This document shows, one piece after another, positions 1-13,157 of a stretch of DNA of 64,000 nucleotides. The notes under the pieces were generated by a model. It was not told where the DNA came from, made no database searches, and saw only the letters and a list, made by a program, of their open reading frames with translations. The stretch covers positions 1-64,000 of the forward strand of contig JAQGDQ010000889.1 of assembly GCA_030141605.1 (NCBI GenBank), read 5' to 3'. This DNA comes from Tubiluchus corallicola. Its lineage: Eukaryota > Animalia > Priapulida. The first letter of the stretch is position 1. Every line of letters starts with the position of its first letter. The translations under genes were made by a program, and so were the position numbers.

Positions 1-3
1 CGT

Positions 4-1124
4 ATAAACCCAAAAGCAGACAACTGGATGCCAATAATGAATAAACCCAAAAGCAGACAACTGGTTGACAATAATGAATAAACCCAAAAGCAGACAACTG
101 GTTGACAATAATGAATAAACCCAAAAGCAGACAACTGGATGCCAATAATGAATAAACCCAAAAGCAGACAACTGGATGCCAATAATGAATAAACCCAAAA
201 GCAGACAACTGGATGCCAATAATGAATAAACCCAAAAGCAGACAACTGGTTGACAATAATGAATAAACCAGCAGACAACTGGTTGACAATAATGAATAAA
301 CCCAAAAGCAGACAACTGATGCCAATAAGAATAAACCCAAAAGCAACCGATGCCAATAATGAATAAACCCAAAAGCAGACAACTGGATGCCAATAATGAA
401 TAAACCCAAAAGCAGACAACTGATGCCAATAATGAATAAACCCAAAAGCAGACAACTGGATGCCAATAATGAATAAACCCAAAAGCAGACAACTGGATGC
501 AATGAATAAACCCAAAAGCAGACAACTGATGCCAATATGAATAAACCCAAAAGCAGACAACTGATGCCAATAATGAATAAACCAAAAGCAGACAACTGGT
601 TGACAATAATGAATAAACCCAAAAGCAGACAACTGGATGCCAATAATGAATAAACCCAAAAGCAGACAACTGGATGCCAATAATGAATAAACCCAAAAGC
701 AGACAACTGGATGCCAATAATGAATAAACCCAAAAGCAGACAACTGGATGCCAATAATGAATAAACCCAAAAGCAGACAACTGGTTGACAATAATGAATA
801 AACCCAAAAGCAGACAACTGGATGCCAATAATGAATAAACCCAAAAGCAGACAACTGGATGCCAATAATGAATAAACCCAAAAGCAGACAACTGGTTGAC
901 AATAATGAATAAACCCAAAAGCAGACAACTGGTTGACAATAATGAATAAACCCAAAAGCAGACAACTGGATGCCAATAATGAATAAACCCAAAAGCAGAC
1001 AACTGGATGCCAATAATGAATAAACCCAAAAGCAGACAACTGGTTGACAATAATGAATAAACCCAAAAGCAGACAACTGGATGCCAATAATGAATAAACC
1101 CAAAAGCAGACAACTGGATGCCAA
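4..1124. repeat. 37-bp minisatellite, about 30 copies, probably continuing beyond the window start
   Basis: Unit AATAATGAATAAACCCAAAAGCAGACAACT-GGATGCC/GGTTGAC; period 37 (ATAAACCCAAAAG at 4 and 41). Confidence 0.97.
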
Positions 1125-1653
1125 AACATTTCGCCTAATGTTTGAGACTCTTCACAAGTCAGAACAAGAAATGTGGAATGCAATTTAACTGAATAACCTT
1201 TGCCGATGTTCATCGCTAAGCTTAAAAGCACTTGTCACTACATATAACAATGCTTTGAAAGGCAGCCAGTCAAAACATAAAATGTTTATGCTTAGAAAAT
1301 TTAAGCGATTTGATTAGAACTAGAAAAAAGAATAGCAGCTCCGCCTGCATAACGAAGTGAAAAATTCTACGTCAAACTTATTATCTAAATGTATGTGTCA
1401 TATTACTGGAGTATACGACTTGTACCTACTGCACATCTTTAGACATATGTCTAGTGTTGCCAGAAAGTTTACAATTTTACGTTCAATAATGACAAAAGTC
1501 AATTTGCTCAATCTACCAGTAGAAACTTCCAGGAAAAACTTCTCAATCTTTAATTCTGAAGCATAACTGTTTGGTAAGTACATGTGGGCAATCTACATTA
1601 AAAGCAAACTCGCCATGATCGGAATCACGATAACTATATATATAAGTGCTTAA

Positions 1654-2720
1654 CTCCTTCAGGGCAGTAAGAGTTTGCTGCATTTTGCATGTGTTCATGA
1701 AAAACTGCTCTCACTAAGCAATGATTACATTTGATAATTTTTGTATGTTTCTATTCCTCACACAACTGACAAAAAAATCTAAAAAAGCTTTCAATAACTG
1801 AAGTGTTTACAGCGTAACAATGTAAAGTATTACTTGTGTAAAATCATCTAATTTCAATGTTCAACTGTCCACACATAACACTCTGATGCACTTTGGCCAC
1901 AAGACTACTTTATTTTTAAGGAGAAATTCCTGTTAAAACACGATACAACCTTAGTTTCTCCTCTGCTGATTAGTTGGTTTTTCCTGCAACTCTATGCAGC
2001 AGACAATTCTCTTGGGCTGTAGCAAGCAAGCAATCCATAAAATAGTGTGTGCGATCACGCAAGTGTACACCAGACTAAGCTACTCAATAGGCTAAGTTGG
2101 AGTGACTGAAAAGCGCATTTTTTCTTTATAGGTTTTACACGTCAAATGTAGACACAGGAAAGTTCAAATGTGACTCAGGTAAGTCCAATGTAGATGCATT
2201 ACTTTGAATGAATCGGTAATTAACTCATTTAAGTCCAAATTAGAAAAAGATAAACCAAACATAGTGCATCTATTAGTAGGCCTATAACATTGTAATTTTA
2301 ACTTAAGAGCAATTATTAAATTGAAATTAAAGAAGATTAAATTTAACATCCCTAAACTTTAACACCAATCCACATTTGAGATACCAATGTCACATTTGAC
2401 TTGACATGTGTCTACATTTGACTTACCAGAAACGCTTAAGTTGAACTACCTAAGTCTACATTTGAGTTACCAAGACACATTTGAATTACCTAAATCTACA
2501 TTTGAGTTAACGTAGGTCTACATTTGACATGTAAAACCTATATTTTAAAAAATTAAATAACCTATAAACACTTAAAAGAATAGCACATTTGGATAGCCGA
2601 GACTCTCCTGAATAGAAGAGTACCTAATTTGTAATCATTTAGCTATATCTGTGATCGTACAGCAACAGAAAAGTCATAGGTCTTCTAAAACCTATTTTAA
2701 GTTGTGCGGTCCTGAAGGAG
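1654..2720. mobile_element. Non-autonomous TTAA-targeting (piggyBac-like) DNA transposon
   Basis: TTAA|CTCCTTCAGG ... CCTGAAGGAG|TTAA termini at 1650-1663 and 2711-2724; no ORF; carries a nested MITE. Confidence 0.75.
2129..2540. mobile_element. TA-flanked MITE with AAATGT/ACATTT subterminal repeats, nested in the 1654-2720 element
   Basis: TIR TAGGTTTTACACGTCAAATGTAGAC / GTCTACATTTGACATGTAAAACCTA, TA on both sides; second, inverted and longer copy at about 45924-46671. Confidence 0.8.
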
Positions 2721-2916
2721 TTAAAACAAACAAACAAAATGTCCAATAAACAAAGCAAAATCATTCTAAACACAGAACAATTTGGTTTTGAAGAGTACCA
2801 CCAATGTAATATAGAAACTAAAGTAAAGTATTCACACTAGCTAGATAAATTATTAATTTAGTAGCTGTGTGGGTAGGTCTATTTTAAATGTCACAATCTG
2901 AGAGGAACCTATAAAG

Positions 2917-3245
2917 CAGCGGTGTGCAAACTGCGGCCCGCGAAGAGGTTTGTCAACGTAATGAACTACTACTAGATCGGATGGCATTAACCCTTACAAG
3001 ACCGTAATCACTTAATGTCACTGTCGGACATGATGAAACATATAGTTTTTAATATAAATTTTAATAACTTCTAAAATAGTTTCTTGAGTGTAGTAGTGCA
3101 GTAGTAATGATGTGCGCAGATCGGCTGCAAAAAATTGTTATTAGGTCCTACTGTACTTGGCTCCTTGACCAAACTGCATGTGACCCACAGGAATTGTGGG
3201 AATGTTTAATGTGGCCCGGCTAGTCAGATAATTTGCACACCCCTG
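2917..3245 (+). mobile_element. hAT (Charlie/Buster-like) MITE, family A
   Basis: TIR CAGCGGTGTGCAAA / TTTGCACACCCCTG; perfect 8-bp TSD CTATAAAG; further copies at 19425, 21742, 28025, 37358, 49709. Confidence 0.9.
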
Positions 3246-4602
3246 CTATAAAGTAAGAAATAACAGAGAATTAAAGAGATGATAGCTTTTCATCTTTGTG
3301 TTAATAGTCACCACAATTATACAATCGCTACCATCAAATGAATTTGAAATGTCATTTAGGTTCAGTGAGTCAGCAGATTTTTTCATAACTTATTTTTATA
3401 CGCTATTGTACTTTGTCACAGTATACTGTTACAAAGCTCAGCATCCAAGTCACAGAATATAATAAAAATTTAGAAGTTTTGAAATTCATTCTGAGCAAGT
3501 TTATAAAATGTTTGTAATATTGTTTGTTTCAAGTATGTCTGCTTGCTCTAGAAGAAATCGAAAGCTCGATTTAAACTCACTTCATTACAAAACAAATGGA
3601 TTTGTTTTCTAATAAGCTAATCTTTCTCTTCCACACGTTTTCTCAAGTTACAAATCGACTAATGGTTTACAAACTCGCTGGAGTGTCCAGTGTCCAGCTA
3701 CGGAAGTGCAGTCACCACCATTCGTAAATAGGCATGTATGGGCATTGTTATAATCCCTGCAGGAATGAAAGTACAGATCTGTGTGGAATCACAGCAGAGG
3801 TTTTTCGGGCATTAATAATCATATTTTTTCAAACAAATAATGCTGGATTAGCTAGTGGATGTTTTAGGCCATCATGAAGATCAAAATCTCAGATACAAGT
3901 TTCTTAACAATGCAGCGTAACTATTTAGTATTTATTCAAATTAATACAGCTACTTACAACTAAGCTCCTAAATTAAATTCAAAAACTAAATTTAAAACTC
4001 AACAGAAACTTCTAGCACTTGGTCAGTAAAATGATAAACAAACAATTGAATTTCACACTAAAAATGTAATACTAATCAGTTATACAATCATCACTTTTGT
4101 TAGTTGCAATCATATTTGAATAAAATGCGCTTAAAATATTATCTTACAGTGTCTAAGAGCTGTACCAAACAGGACTCCCATATCCACACTCCATTTCTAA
4201 CTCAGATTTATAATAGTTACCAAAATTAGAGTTGACATACATTTCTTATTTGCTTCTGTTTTCCTTGTTTTGTTTTGCATGATTTATATTTACCTTATTT
4301 TCCTTAGTTTAATTTATTATAGTCTTTGGTTAATCCTTCTACTGTTTTTTTATCGGATTTTTCTTTTAGTTAATGCTCACATTACCCATTTTCTGTTATG
4401 TTAAAAATCTTAAGTTACTTTTATTTTGTTTGCATCGCATATTCACAGTATTTTAGAATTGTAAATTTTTGGTTATTTCAATTATAATGTTCTACAATAT
4501 TGCGTTTCCCATCAGTTAATTGCCAATTACACATGTCAACAGAATTCAAATTTAAATTGAAAACGGTGCCAAAATTAATTTTACTTAATCGTTGCTATTT
4601 AA

Positions 4603-4728
4603 GGGTGGCTGACTAGTTAACCTACGGGTTCTTCGCTGCCCTTCTCCTTTGTTACGTAACATTGCATGTATTTCTAATACTGTATTTTGTTAATTCTTCA
4701 GGAGTTAATAAATGAATTGAATTGAATT
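4603..4728 (+). mobile_element. Non-LTR retrotransposon 3' end (stem-loop, AATAAA, (TGAAT)n tail)
   Basis: GGGTGGCTGACTAG...TCTTCGCTGCCC hairpin resembling the one in the 3' UTR of the LINE at 11-12 kb; AATAAA at 4707 followed by a microsatellite tail. Confidence 0.6.
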
Positions 4729-4898
4729 ATATTGGAAATAAGTCATAGCTTCTCATAGCACACACTGTGAAATTTCATCATTCCCTCTTGTCGAAAACAG
4801 TTAACTGAAATCGTTTCTTATTGTGCACATCAGATGGACAATACTTCTCTCTTTCCATTTCTTTCCGCAAACAACGATTAGCGATCACATATAGGATA

Positions 4899-5726
4899 CT
4901 AGCTGTGCTTTAATTTGTGTCCTTTCAAATGATGAGAACAACGAAACTGTTTCAAACAAACGTCGCACTTAAACGGCAAGTCTCCAGTATGAATAAGTTC
5001 GTGACGCTTAACGTTGAAGAACCGCCGGAAAAACCTTCCACACCACCTGCAAGTGAAACCACTCAGAGTCACTCTCCGAGAATTTGAATCGCCTTGGACT
5101 TTGGATGATTTAACCTGTGACGGTTTTTCCCGCCTCACAGAATTGTTTGAATTTAGTTGTGATTTAGTAGCATTTAGGAAAGACACATTGGGTACCTTTG
5201 TTAGGCAACATTTACTTGTAACAACTTGTATTGTATTTTCAGCAATTTCACCAGGCTCATTATTTATAGTCTGAGTATTGCTTCCACCGATAGGTAATAA
5301 ACTAATTTCTTGGTACGAAGATGAAACTGCTGAGTTTAAATGCGGCTTGACAGAAGCCATTTCTAACATTGTGCCATTAGCATCACCATCCAAAGCTACA
5401 GCATTAGGCACATTATCGCTCGCAGTTACAATTCCGTCATCCCTCATAGGATTAAAATGTTGCAACAGCAAATCCTGTGAAACATCACCGACATCACAGT
5501 GTTCTTCAACTATATTGCCAAACTCTTTTTGGGAAGTGAAAGCACACTCCTCCTTTACACCAGATCCAGAGAATAGTTCAAGAGCCACCTGACCACTAGG
5601 GTCTTGGCCTTCACTGACAAGAATCTTGCAATGCCATGTCCTACTGTGAGCAAAGAAAACTTCCTCAGTCATAAAACATTCAGAACAAGATGTGCACTTG
5701 AAGTAAATCATTCCCTCTGACTCCAT
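4899..5726 (-). CDS. C2H2 zinc-finger protein, 275 aa: N-terminal C2H2-like module plus two C-terminal classical fingers
   Basis: FTCRWCGRFFRRFFNVKRHELIH-TGDLP-FKCDVCLKQFRCSHHLKGHKLKH; N-terminal FKCTSCSECFMTEEVFFAHSRTWHCKILVSEG; splice acceptor GTTTTTGTAG just upstream (AG at 5802-5801), so the 5' exon is probably non-coding. Confidence 0.88.
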   Translation of the reverse strand: MESEGMIYFKCTSCSECFMTEEVFFAHSRTWHCKILVSEGQDPSGQVALELFSGSGVKEECAFTSQKEFGNIVEEHCDVGDVSQDLLLQHFNPMRDDGIVTASDNVPNAVALDGDANGTMLEMASVKPHLNSAVSSSYQEISLLPIGGSNTQTINNEPGEIAENTIQVVTSKCCLTKVPNVSFLNATKSQLNSNNSVRREKPSQVKSSKVQGDSNSRRVTLSGFTCRWCGRFFRRFFNVKRHELIHTGDLPFKCDVCLKQFRCSHHLKGHKLKHS

Positions 5727-8700
5727 GACTCAATTACTGCAGTTGTTCGATTTTCTTTAGTTACACCAGCATCAATGATAAACCAGTAACTATTTGAAAC
5801 CTACAAAAACCATTTAAACTTGAGTGTTGGCCACGTAATGCAACCACCACGAATGGAAGACAAGTACATTCGAGTGCTAACAACTAACATAGGCATTGAA
5901 AAGATCAAAGTTACACTGCGCTTGTTTCTGCAGCACATGACACATTACCAAATCACATATTTCGCCTGCGACTCTCGAACTTGTATATCAAATGCCATTT
6001 GAAAAAAAACTAAACTTATCAGAAATTTCTTGGCAAAATCTAAACAGAAAGTCCTGAGCAAGTAAAAGCAAACAATGTACTCAGCAAAAAAGAGCAACAA
6101 AGTAAAGAAAGAAAAAACGCTTTATGAATGTCAAGCAGTGGAAGACATACATACGTACAATTCTGTATTGAATGCTTAATATTCAGCCATAGTTTTCAGT
6201 GAAATCAGTCAATCAAATGTGCTTTCATCCAGTATGAGATAGTTAACAGTAAAAATTACACAGGTCTAACAACAAAAGACAAAAACAAAGGCAAAATTTA
6301 TTTACCTTTACTCATTTGGCAGACAAAATTAGCACTAAAGGCTATGTAGCGACTATTTATAACAACACAGGTGAGGAAGCAACAAACAAATAACGAATAA
6401 CAGGTGGGGTATATGAACTGGTGCGGGCAGCCGCTAGTGTCACACCCAGAAACTTATAATTACTGCTTGCAAGGCATTTTTAGATTAACATTAGTAGTTT
6501 TAGATTAACTAGAGTAGACAAGTTATTGGAACAAAATCTGTTCTACAAATTTTTATCAGACAATGTCACTGTTTTCGAAAAAATGTGAAACTTTAATCAT
6601 CCACATACAAGTTACAATTCAATAAATATTGCTAATTTGTGCAGTGAGCTATGCCAACGCAAATGCATAATGAATTGATTATGATGCCACAGAAACATTT
6701 CTACGTCAAGTTGCTTTACGACTTTCCTCTCCCGTAGATAACTACTAATTTATAGTGGCTTCATTATGATCTAAATGATAATTAATGATTTATCATGCCT
6801 AACACGAAAGCCTAATAAACACTAGTAAGACTTATAGCACTTTTAATATCCAAACCCGCAATTATATTAGAGACTTACATAATGCCACAATATTTTTGCC
6901 AGGTGTAATCACTGATTGCGCTAGCAAGTAGCTGAAGTAATTGGCTTCATTCAAGACACTTACCACTTACTGTTAAAGCTTAACACGCACAGGCCCTACA
7001 TATGATTAGCAGTAGTACAATAGCTAAATACTTAAAACATAGCTGTGGGTGCCAAAGTTCAAAATCATCTCAGGTGAAACACTTTTGCAAAAACCAAACA
7101 GAATGGCATTTCATGGTGTTGATTCTCTCATCACCTACATATGTGGGAAAGGAAGCACTGTATTAATGTAACATGTGCATATGTTCGTCCAGCCTGGAAA
7201 ACATGGTGCACACCAAGCGCGAACGCCTCCGAGCTACAAACACTCTATGCCCTATAATATCAAATTCTGCATGCATGCCTATATTCATCAATTTTTTTAT
7301 GGTTATCACTATAAAACTCTTAACAAAATGTGGAACTACACATAATTTAGCTTATTTAATCTTTACACATCCATGCCAACAAAAATTTTCATGCCCGGAC
7401 ATATACCAAATTTACTACACAGATTCCAGCCGGAACATTGGCAATTTGATAACAAGAGCCATAGATTTCATAATTAGTTTCAACGTGCACTTTTAGTCAA
7501 CTTTCCAAGGAAAAGGCAGAAAGGTTCTTCAACAAAGTAGCAGTTCAAGAAACGTGAGCGTGTACAGAACACCAGTTACACCACAATACATTTTTCCCAT
7601 CAGTGTGAATTGTAATTGTTGTTATCTAGTCTGGATAGGTTGGTCCAGATGATCCAATGTTCCAGATAATCGATGTCCTACTGTACAAACAACGCTGTCT
7701 CACTGTGAACTGTAACCGTTTCGCTAACTTTTCTTCATTACCAAGGTGAGAGTTTTTATACAATTTCTGTTGCACTGACTCAAATGCGAGAAATAAAACA
7801 AATGCAACAAACTTCTGCATTTTGCCAGTGTCTGATTATGTAGCTTTCAGCTTACTGGATATAAAGAGCATAGCGAAATAGATGACTAGCACGTAAAATT
7901 AAAAATGGCGGGTCACGTTCGTCTAACCCAAACACGCCACATCAACCAGTTTAAGGCATCATTTCACAAACTTAAAAGATTTAATTATTAAAATCTACAT
8001 TACTATTACTGCTTACCCTTCAGCATCCAATTACTACTTTAACTGACACGAAACATTAATTTATAGTACTTTTCTAATCCAAATGACGAGAACAAAAGCC
8101 AGGAAAATGAGAACTATGGTATGAGCATTGAGCAACCTTTGATCAATTCACACGCACGTACAGTATTCCGGTTTCTGTGTTTATCCACGCCAAAGCTCTT
8201 CGGGAATAAAATCATGGCAACCGTTAATGGGGAGAAATTAAGGATTTCTGTTAAGCCACTGAAACCATACTTTAAATGCATAATATCATAAATCAACTTT
8301 AATAATATTTTGTTAAATCTGCAGCTTTCTGTTTGCATATACCAGATGCTCAACCAAATGTCAAAATTAATGTGCCACTGTCAGACGAAACGCAAGCATC
8401 GTTACAGGAAATATTTAACAGTGGATTTTAGTCATGATCAATAGCATCATGGGAAAAAGTGTAAACCATTTTGAAATTTAATTTTCATGCAGGCACAGTG
8501 TAACAATAATAATAATGCTGCAGTGATTACATGACATACAATGAGGAGAAATAAAAAAGTTATGAAATTAGAGGTGCAAGAACATCAGCCTAATATAGTC
8601 ACATAATGCAGACACAAATGAACTGAAGAAAGCAACTGTTTTTTTTTTGGGTATCTGATATTTCATAAAAATGGTATTGACATGTTTTGTTTATTTTGGT

Positions 8701-9137
8701 GCTCTGAGATACTAAGGTTTACCACATGAATTTACAATGTGCATGTGCTACCTCTGATGCAGTGTTTGACCAATGTCACAGAATTAATTATTGCAAGAAA
8801 AGCGAGTATGTCTTTTCAATGGACTTTACCAATTTATATCTCTTCTGAAGAAAAAAATTTGTATAGAATGACAGAAATATTAATAGTTATCCTATACAGA
8901 AATCCAAAACACACTAAACAAAGTCTTACGCTAGACAACAATTATAATACAATTATATATAACATGAAAATATAAGAATAACTACAAGCTCGTGAAACAG
9001 TAATGGCTTAATGTAAAGAATGTGAGCCTATTATAGACAGAAGAGATGTTGGCTGTTTCTAAACAAACAAATCTAGTACAATTATACAACAACCTGCAAT
9101 TCCTACAGTAATTATAAAATACGATAATAATATTCAA

Positions 9138-9890
9138 CTAGCAAAGTCCCCGCAAAAAATTTTGCGTCTAAATACACGTATAGTCAATAATACGCGAACA
9201 TTCTACATAGTCCTCGTTTGTTTATCTAACGCAAAGCCAGCAGCAGCAACTTTTACTGAATTAAAGCTATAAGGTTATAGACAAAGTACAATGGATGACG
9301 TAAGAACAATGGCTTTGTGTCAGCAGTTTTCCAAGCGAAAATTGCCAAAAATAGAACATCTAATTAACTCGTCGTCACTCCTCTTGGTGGACATGTCCTA
9401 ACATATAGCCCACATCATCGTGTAGCCTTGCTCTTCCTCTTTCTAAACAGCTATATATCTCTTCTGAGAGTCCCACCAGGCGCCGCTAGAACGTTTTTTC
9501 CGCATGCTGTTTGGTCAAAATTCCGAAAAAATCGCGAGTTGGGTCCGGGAAGACACCCGTTGCCCTCTCGCAAATTCTAAATACTCCTATGACACCCACC
9601 GCTAAACGGGCTATCTATCCATAGTCAGCACCGCCCTCGGCCCATTCCCGTTCTTCAGACCTCAGGCATATAACTTTTGCAAAAAACGGCCGAAAAATTC
9701 CCGGTGGACCCGATTCGAAAAATAAACCCCGAATGGCACGACACTAGATCGAGACCTTTCATTTGATGTATAGATCGCCGCAAATGGTGCCGTCGTCGGA
9801 GCTGTAGCCTCTAATCTTATATATATATGTATATATATATACATATATATATATATATTAAGTCCATACCAGTAGAATTAATATATGCGA
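9138..9890 (-). mobile_element. Non-autonomous Helitron, copy 1
   Basis: Minus strand starts TC (9890-9889), has (TA)n near the 5' end, and ends with hairpin CGCAAAATTTTTTGCG then GGGACTTTG-CTAG|T; homologous to 17313-17895. Confidence 0.85.
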
Positions 9891-10719
9891 CTAGCAAAGG
9901 CCCCGCAAAATATGTTGATATATGTTCTATGTTGATATCGGCTTTTGTTTCTCAGTGCAGTAGTAGCTGCACCTGTGTATTATTTGCTATTGGAATATTT
10001 TATTTAGTCTGCCATATTTAATTTTCTGTATAATAATTATTATTGTATTTGCTAAAATGTATCTAGTTTACACAGAAAACATTTGATGGTGAAATAAAGT
10101 GAACTGAACGGAATTGAGTGGTGCGTCTCAAGTAGCGGTTCCTTCCGCGATCATGGCTGCGTCCCGAAGCAGAACGTTCTTCAATTCTAGTAGACTGATT
10201 AGCACTAGGAGCCTTTTCTTTTTGGCCGCGTTTCACTTACTTGAGAACTTGGCTACTAAGTGGTGGTACTGTTGTTTAATTAAAGTACTAAACTGGTCAC
10301 AGAAGTGTCAGGACGGAAACCTGAAAAGACAGGTGATCAGGAACTTGAAACTTGCTCACTGTTCTGTACGACATACTAATAACAGAAATGGAAAATCTTT
10401 GAATGCTTCAAGTTACATAAGTTGGCGTCCCGGTGATGGTCTAGGAGCTGTAATTTGCGAGGGGGAGGGGTTGCAACAATAGTATGGCGTTTTAAAAGCA
10501 AAAATTTGAAAAGTTGGATTTCAAAAATGTTAAGTTTATTACTATAGTATTAGTGCATTGGGGCTGATTTTCAAACTTACCTGTATTTTCAGTGACAAAG
10601 ACAGAATTTAACAGGCAACATTAGAACTAACGTAAATTTAGCGACTTACATTTACAATACAAGTAAATACGCACCACACGTATAACAAATAACATGCAGG
10701 GCATATTCCTTTGGCCCTG

Positions 10720-10790
10720 GCAGGCGCTGGTATCGAACTCAAGACTGCGTGCTTGCAGTCCGATACCTAAACCACTCGGCTGCCTAACAC
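10720..10790 (-). other. Degenerate tRNA-like sequence (tRNA-derived SINE head or tRNA pseudogene)
   Basis: Minus strand has an A-box-like GGCAGCCGAGTGGTTTAGG, anticodon-like GACTGCAAG and B-box GAGTTCGATACC; acceptor stem not convincing. Confidence 0.5.
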
Positions 10791-10994
10791 AGGACAACCA
10801 GCCACCCAACACAGGACTTTGTCTTTATATTTTCTTTGGGGCACAAATGGAAAAGTAGGTAAAGGTGGCAAAATAAAAAAAAATGGCACACTTAGTGAAA
10901 GTCTGTAAATCTATTAGTGAGATTAAAAATATGTTTTTTTGGTGAATCTATGTGCACTGCTGTTTTACCAGTTGACTCCAACATTTTAAATTAT

Positions 10995-11993
10995 TAATAA
11001 TATAATAATAATAATCTTTTATTTATCTTTTAACACACACAGTTACAATACAATTAATTTAGCAACAAAAATGTGAAGAAAGGGCAGCGAAAGACCAATT
11101 GGTCATCTAGTCAGCTGCCCTTTGGTTAGTGATGAACATTTTTTAAAGGCGCTATGCTACAGTGTATTAGTGTTAGTACTGCTTATAATAAAAATTAAAT
11201 TGTTAGGAATGACATAAAATTGATAATGATATGCTTATAATGTGCTAGTACAATTCATACACAGTAATAATAAGTGCATAATAATAATAATGAAAAAATC
11301 AAACTGAAGATAACTGAAATAAGGACTGAAACAAGAACTGAAATAAAAATCTGACATCAGGAACATAATAACAATGGCAACTGAAATTTACTTTATAACG
11401 CAAGCATAATGTAAAAAAAAATACAGAGCGATTTTTGATGATCTGATGTAAAATAAATTGGCAGATAGTTAGAGCACAAAAAATTACCTGTATGACTGCA
11501 TGAGGAGATTGACAATTGGAGTCCAGACTTTGAAAATGATCTACAGAAGTTAGACAATAAACAATTAAATATGGAAGTTAATTGATCCTGCTATAACAGT
11601 AACTGCTCTTGCAAAAGGAATAAAAGTTGTTCAGTAATAAGTTTGCAAGAGTTGACATTTATATAATTTACTTAAGTGACAGATACTAGTTGATTGCTGA
11701 AGATCATCTGAAAGAGTATTCCATAGAACTGTACCATTATGTTTTAAAGTTTGTAAACCTTTTGTTGTGTTAAATCTTTCCTGAAAATAGTTTTGTTTGG
11801 TAGCTGCTCTCGTAGAATACTGGTGAACGTCACTAATCTTTTTGAAATAATTGCCGTATAATTTAGGTAGAATGCCCTTTTTATAGTTGAACATGAATTT
11901 CGCTAACTCAAGCTTATAAATTTCATTAATTTTTAATAATTGCAAAGCATAATAGGAGGGGGTAGCATGATCTCGGAACCCAGCAAAAGTCAT
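10995..11993 (-). mobile_element. 5'-truncated LINE (CR1/L2-group): end of ORF2, 3' UTR and (ATT)n tail
   Basis: ORF 11993-11631 (LKINEIYKLELAKFMF...HQYSTR...HNGTVLWNTL) is a typical ORF2 C-terminus; 3' hairpin at 11082-11120; AATAAA plus ATT repeats at about 10995-11022. Confidence 0.85.
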
Positions 11994-12072
11994 TGTTTTG
12001 ATAATTTTGTTATGTTAATTTATGATAAAATTATGATAATTTTATTAGGAATTTTCTTTTCCAGTTACTTAA

Positions 12073-12746
12073 AGCACAAGAAAACCCTCCACTTACAGAA
12101 AGCTCAAAAAATTCGTCTCGAAATTTTCTACCACTTACATAGTACCTTTTTACATGCATGGCTTGCATTGGCAGTAACGCTGTATAAAACGTGTAAATTT
12201 AAACTCCCACGATGACCGCTAAGCGCAGCCATTTTAATGGTAGGTCTTGTGGAAAAGGTTTTAATAACATTAAATTAAGTTTGAAAAAATAATCAGAGCA
12301 TTTGTGGCTTAAACGTTGCTAACTAAGTAAAATTTTAAATTACTGTATCTTGTCAATAAGATTAAAAATACGTTTTTGGCTAGTGAGTGGCGCACCCTGG
12401 AGGGTGAGTCAGCGACATTTACCAATTGGCACAAACATTTTAAATTATTATTTTAGTTACACGCAGTCTAGTCTTTCCAGCAGCTAAGTGATATGCTAAG
12501 TAAAATAGATTTGCATGGAAAGTTTTTTGGGTCATAATTTAACATTGCCTTTTCTTCCCCTGATTTACGTGGCGTAGTGACATCATATAATGGCGCCGTC
12601 GGAACAGTATTGCGGGAGATTTGAAATGCAAACAAATGAAAATTGCATTCAACACAAATGCGATGTGCATAAAATTGCCATAAAGTAATATAATTTTTTA
12701 AGACAATTTTTCTGAAACCTACTTCAGGTGCCCCTTTTCTTGTCCT
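12073..12746. mobile_element. Kolobok-like non-autonomous DNA transposon, copy 1
   Basis: TTAA|AGCACAAGAAAA ... TTTTCTTGTCCT|TTAA (TTAA target, purine-purine termini); diverged second copy at 33172-33840. Confidence 0.7.
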
Positions 12747-13157
12747 TTAAGTCTTTCAAACAGCTAAGCGTAATGCTGAGTAATTATTACATAGATGTTG
12801 ACTTATATTGAAGCATATTGCGCAACTGCTTGTTGTGTAATACGTTGCAGTTGTTCGTTATGTGGCACTTATATAAAATCTGCGCTCAGTAGCTGCCTGT
12901 GGTGTGTTATGAAATATGCCCTTTACATGAATTTAAAAGTATACATTTTCCGAGAAGAATAAGAATATTTTCTAAAATGTGACGCCCCTCAAAGTTTGGT
13001 GCCCTAGGCTATAGCCTAGTTAGCCTGTTGGTTAATACGCCCTGGACAATATGTTAAATTGATAATGTTGTTATTACTATTCATTCGCTTACCTCTTATT
13101 CATTAGATTGCGACTGTCTTTTTTTATTAATTAATAAGCTTGTTTAATTGTTACATA

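Noticed and set aside
4-1124. CRISPR-like 37-bp repeats
   Set aside because: Head-to-tail units with no unique spacers, no cas genes, eukaryotic context.
10114-10482. 122-aa ORF as the N-terminal coding exon of the finger gene
   Set aside because: No recognisable domain, and its best donor (CAG|GTGATC) is phase 0 while the finger exon needs phase 1.
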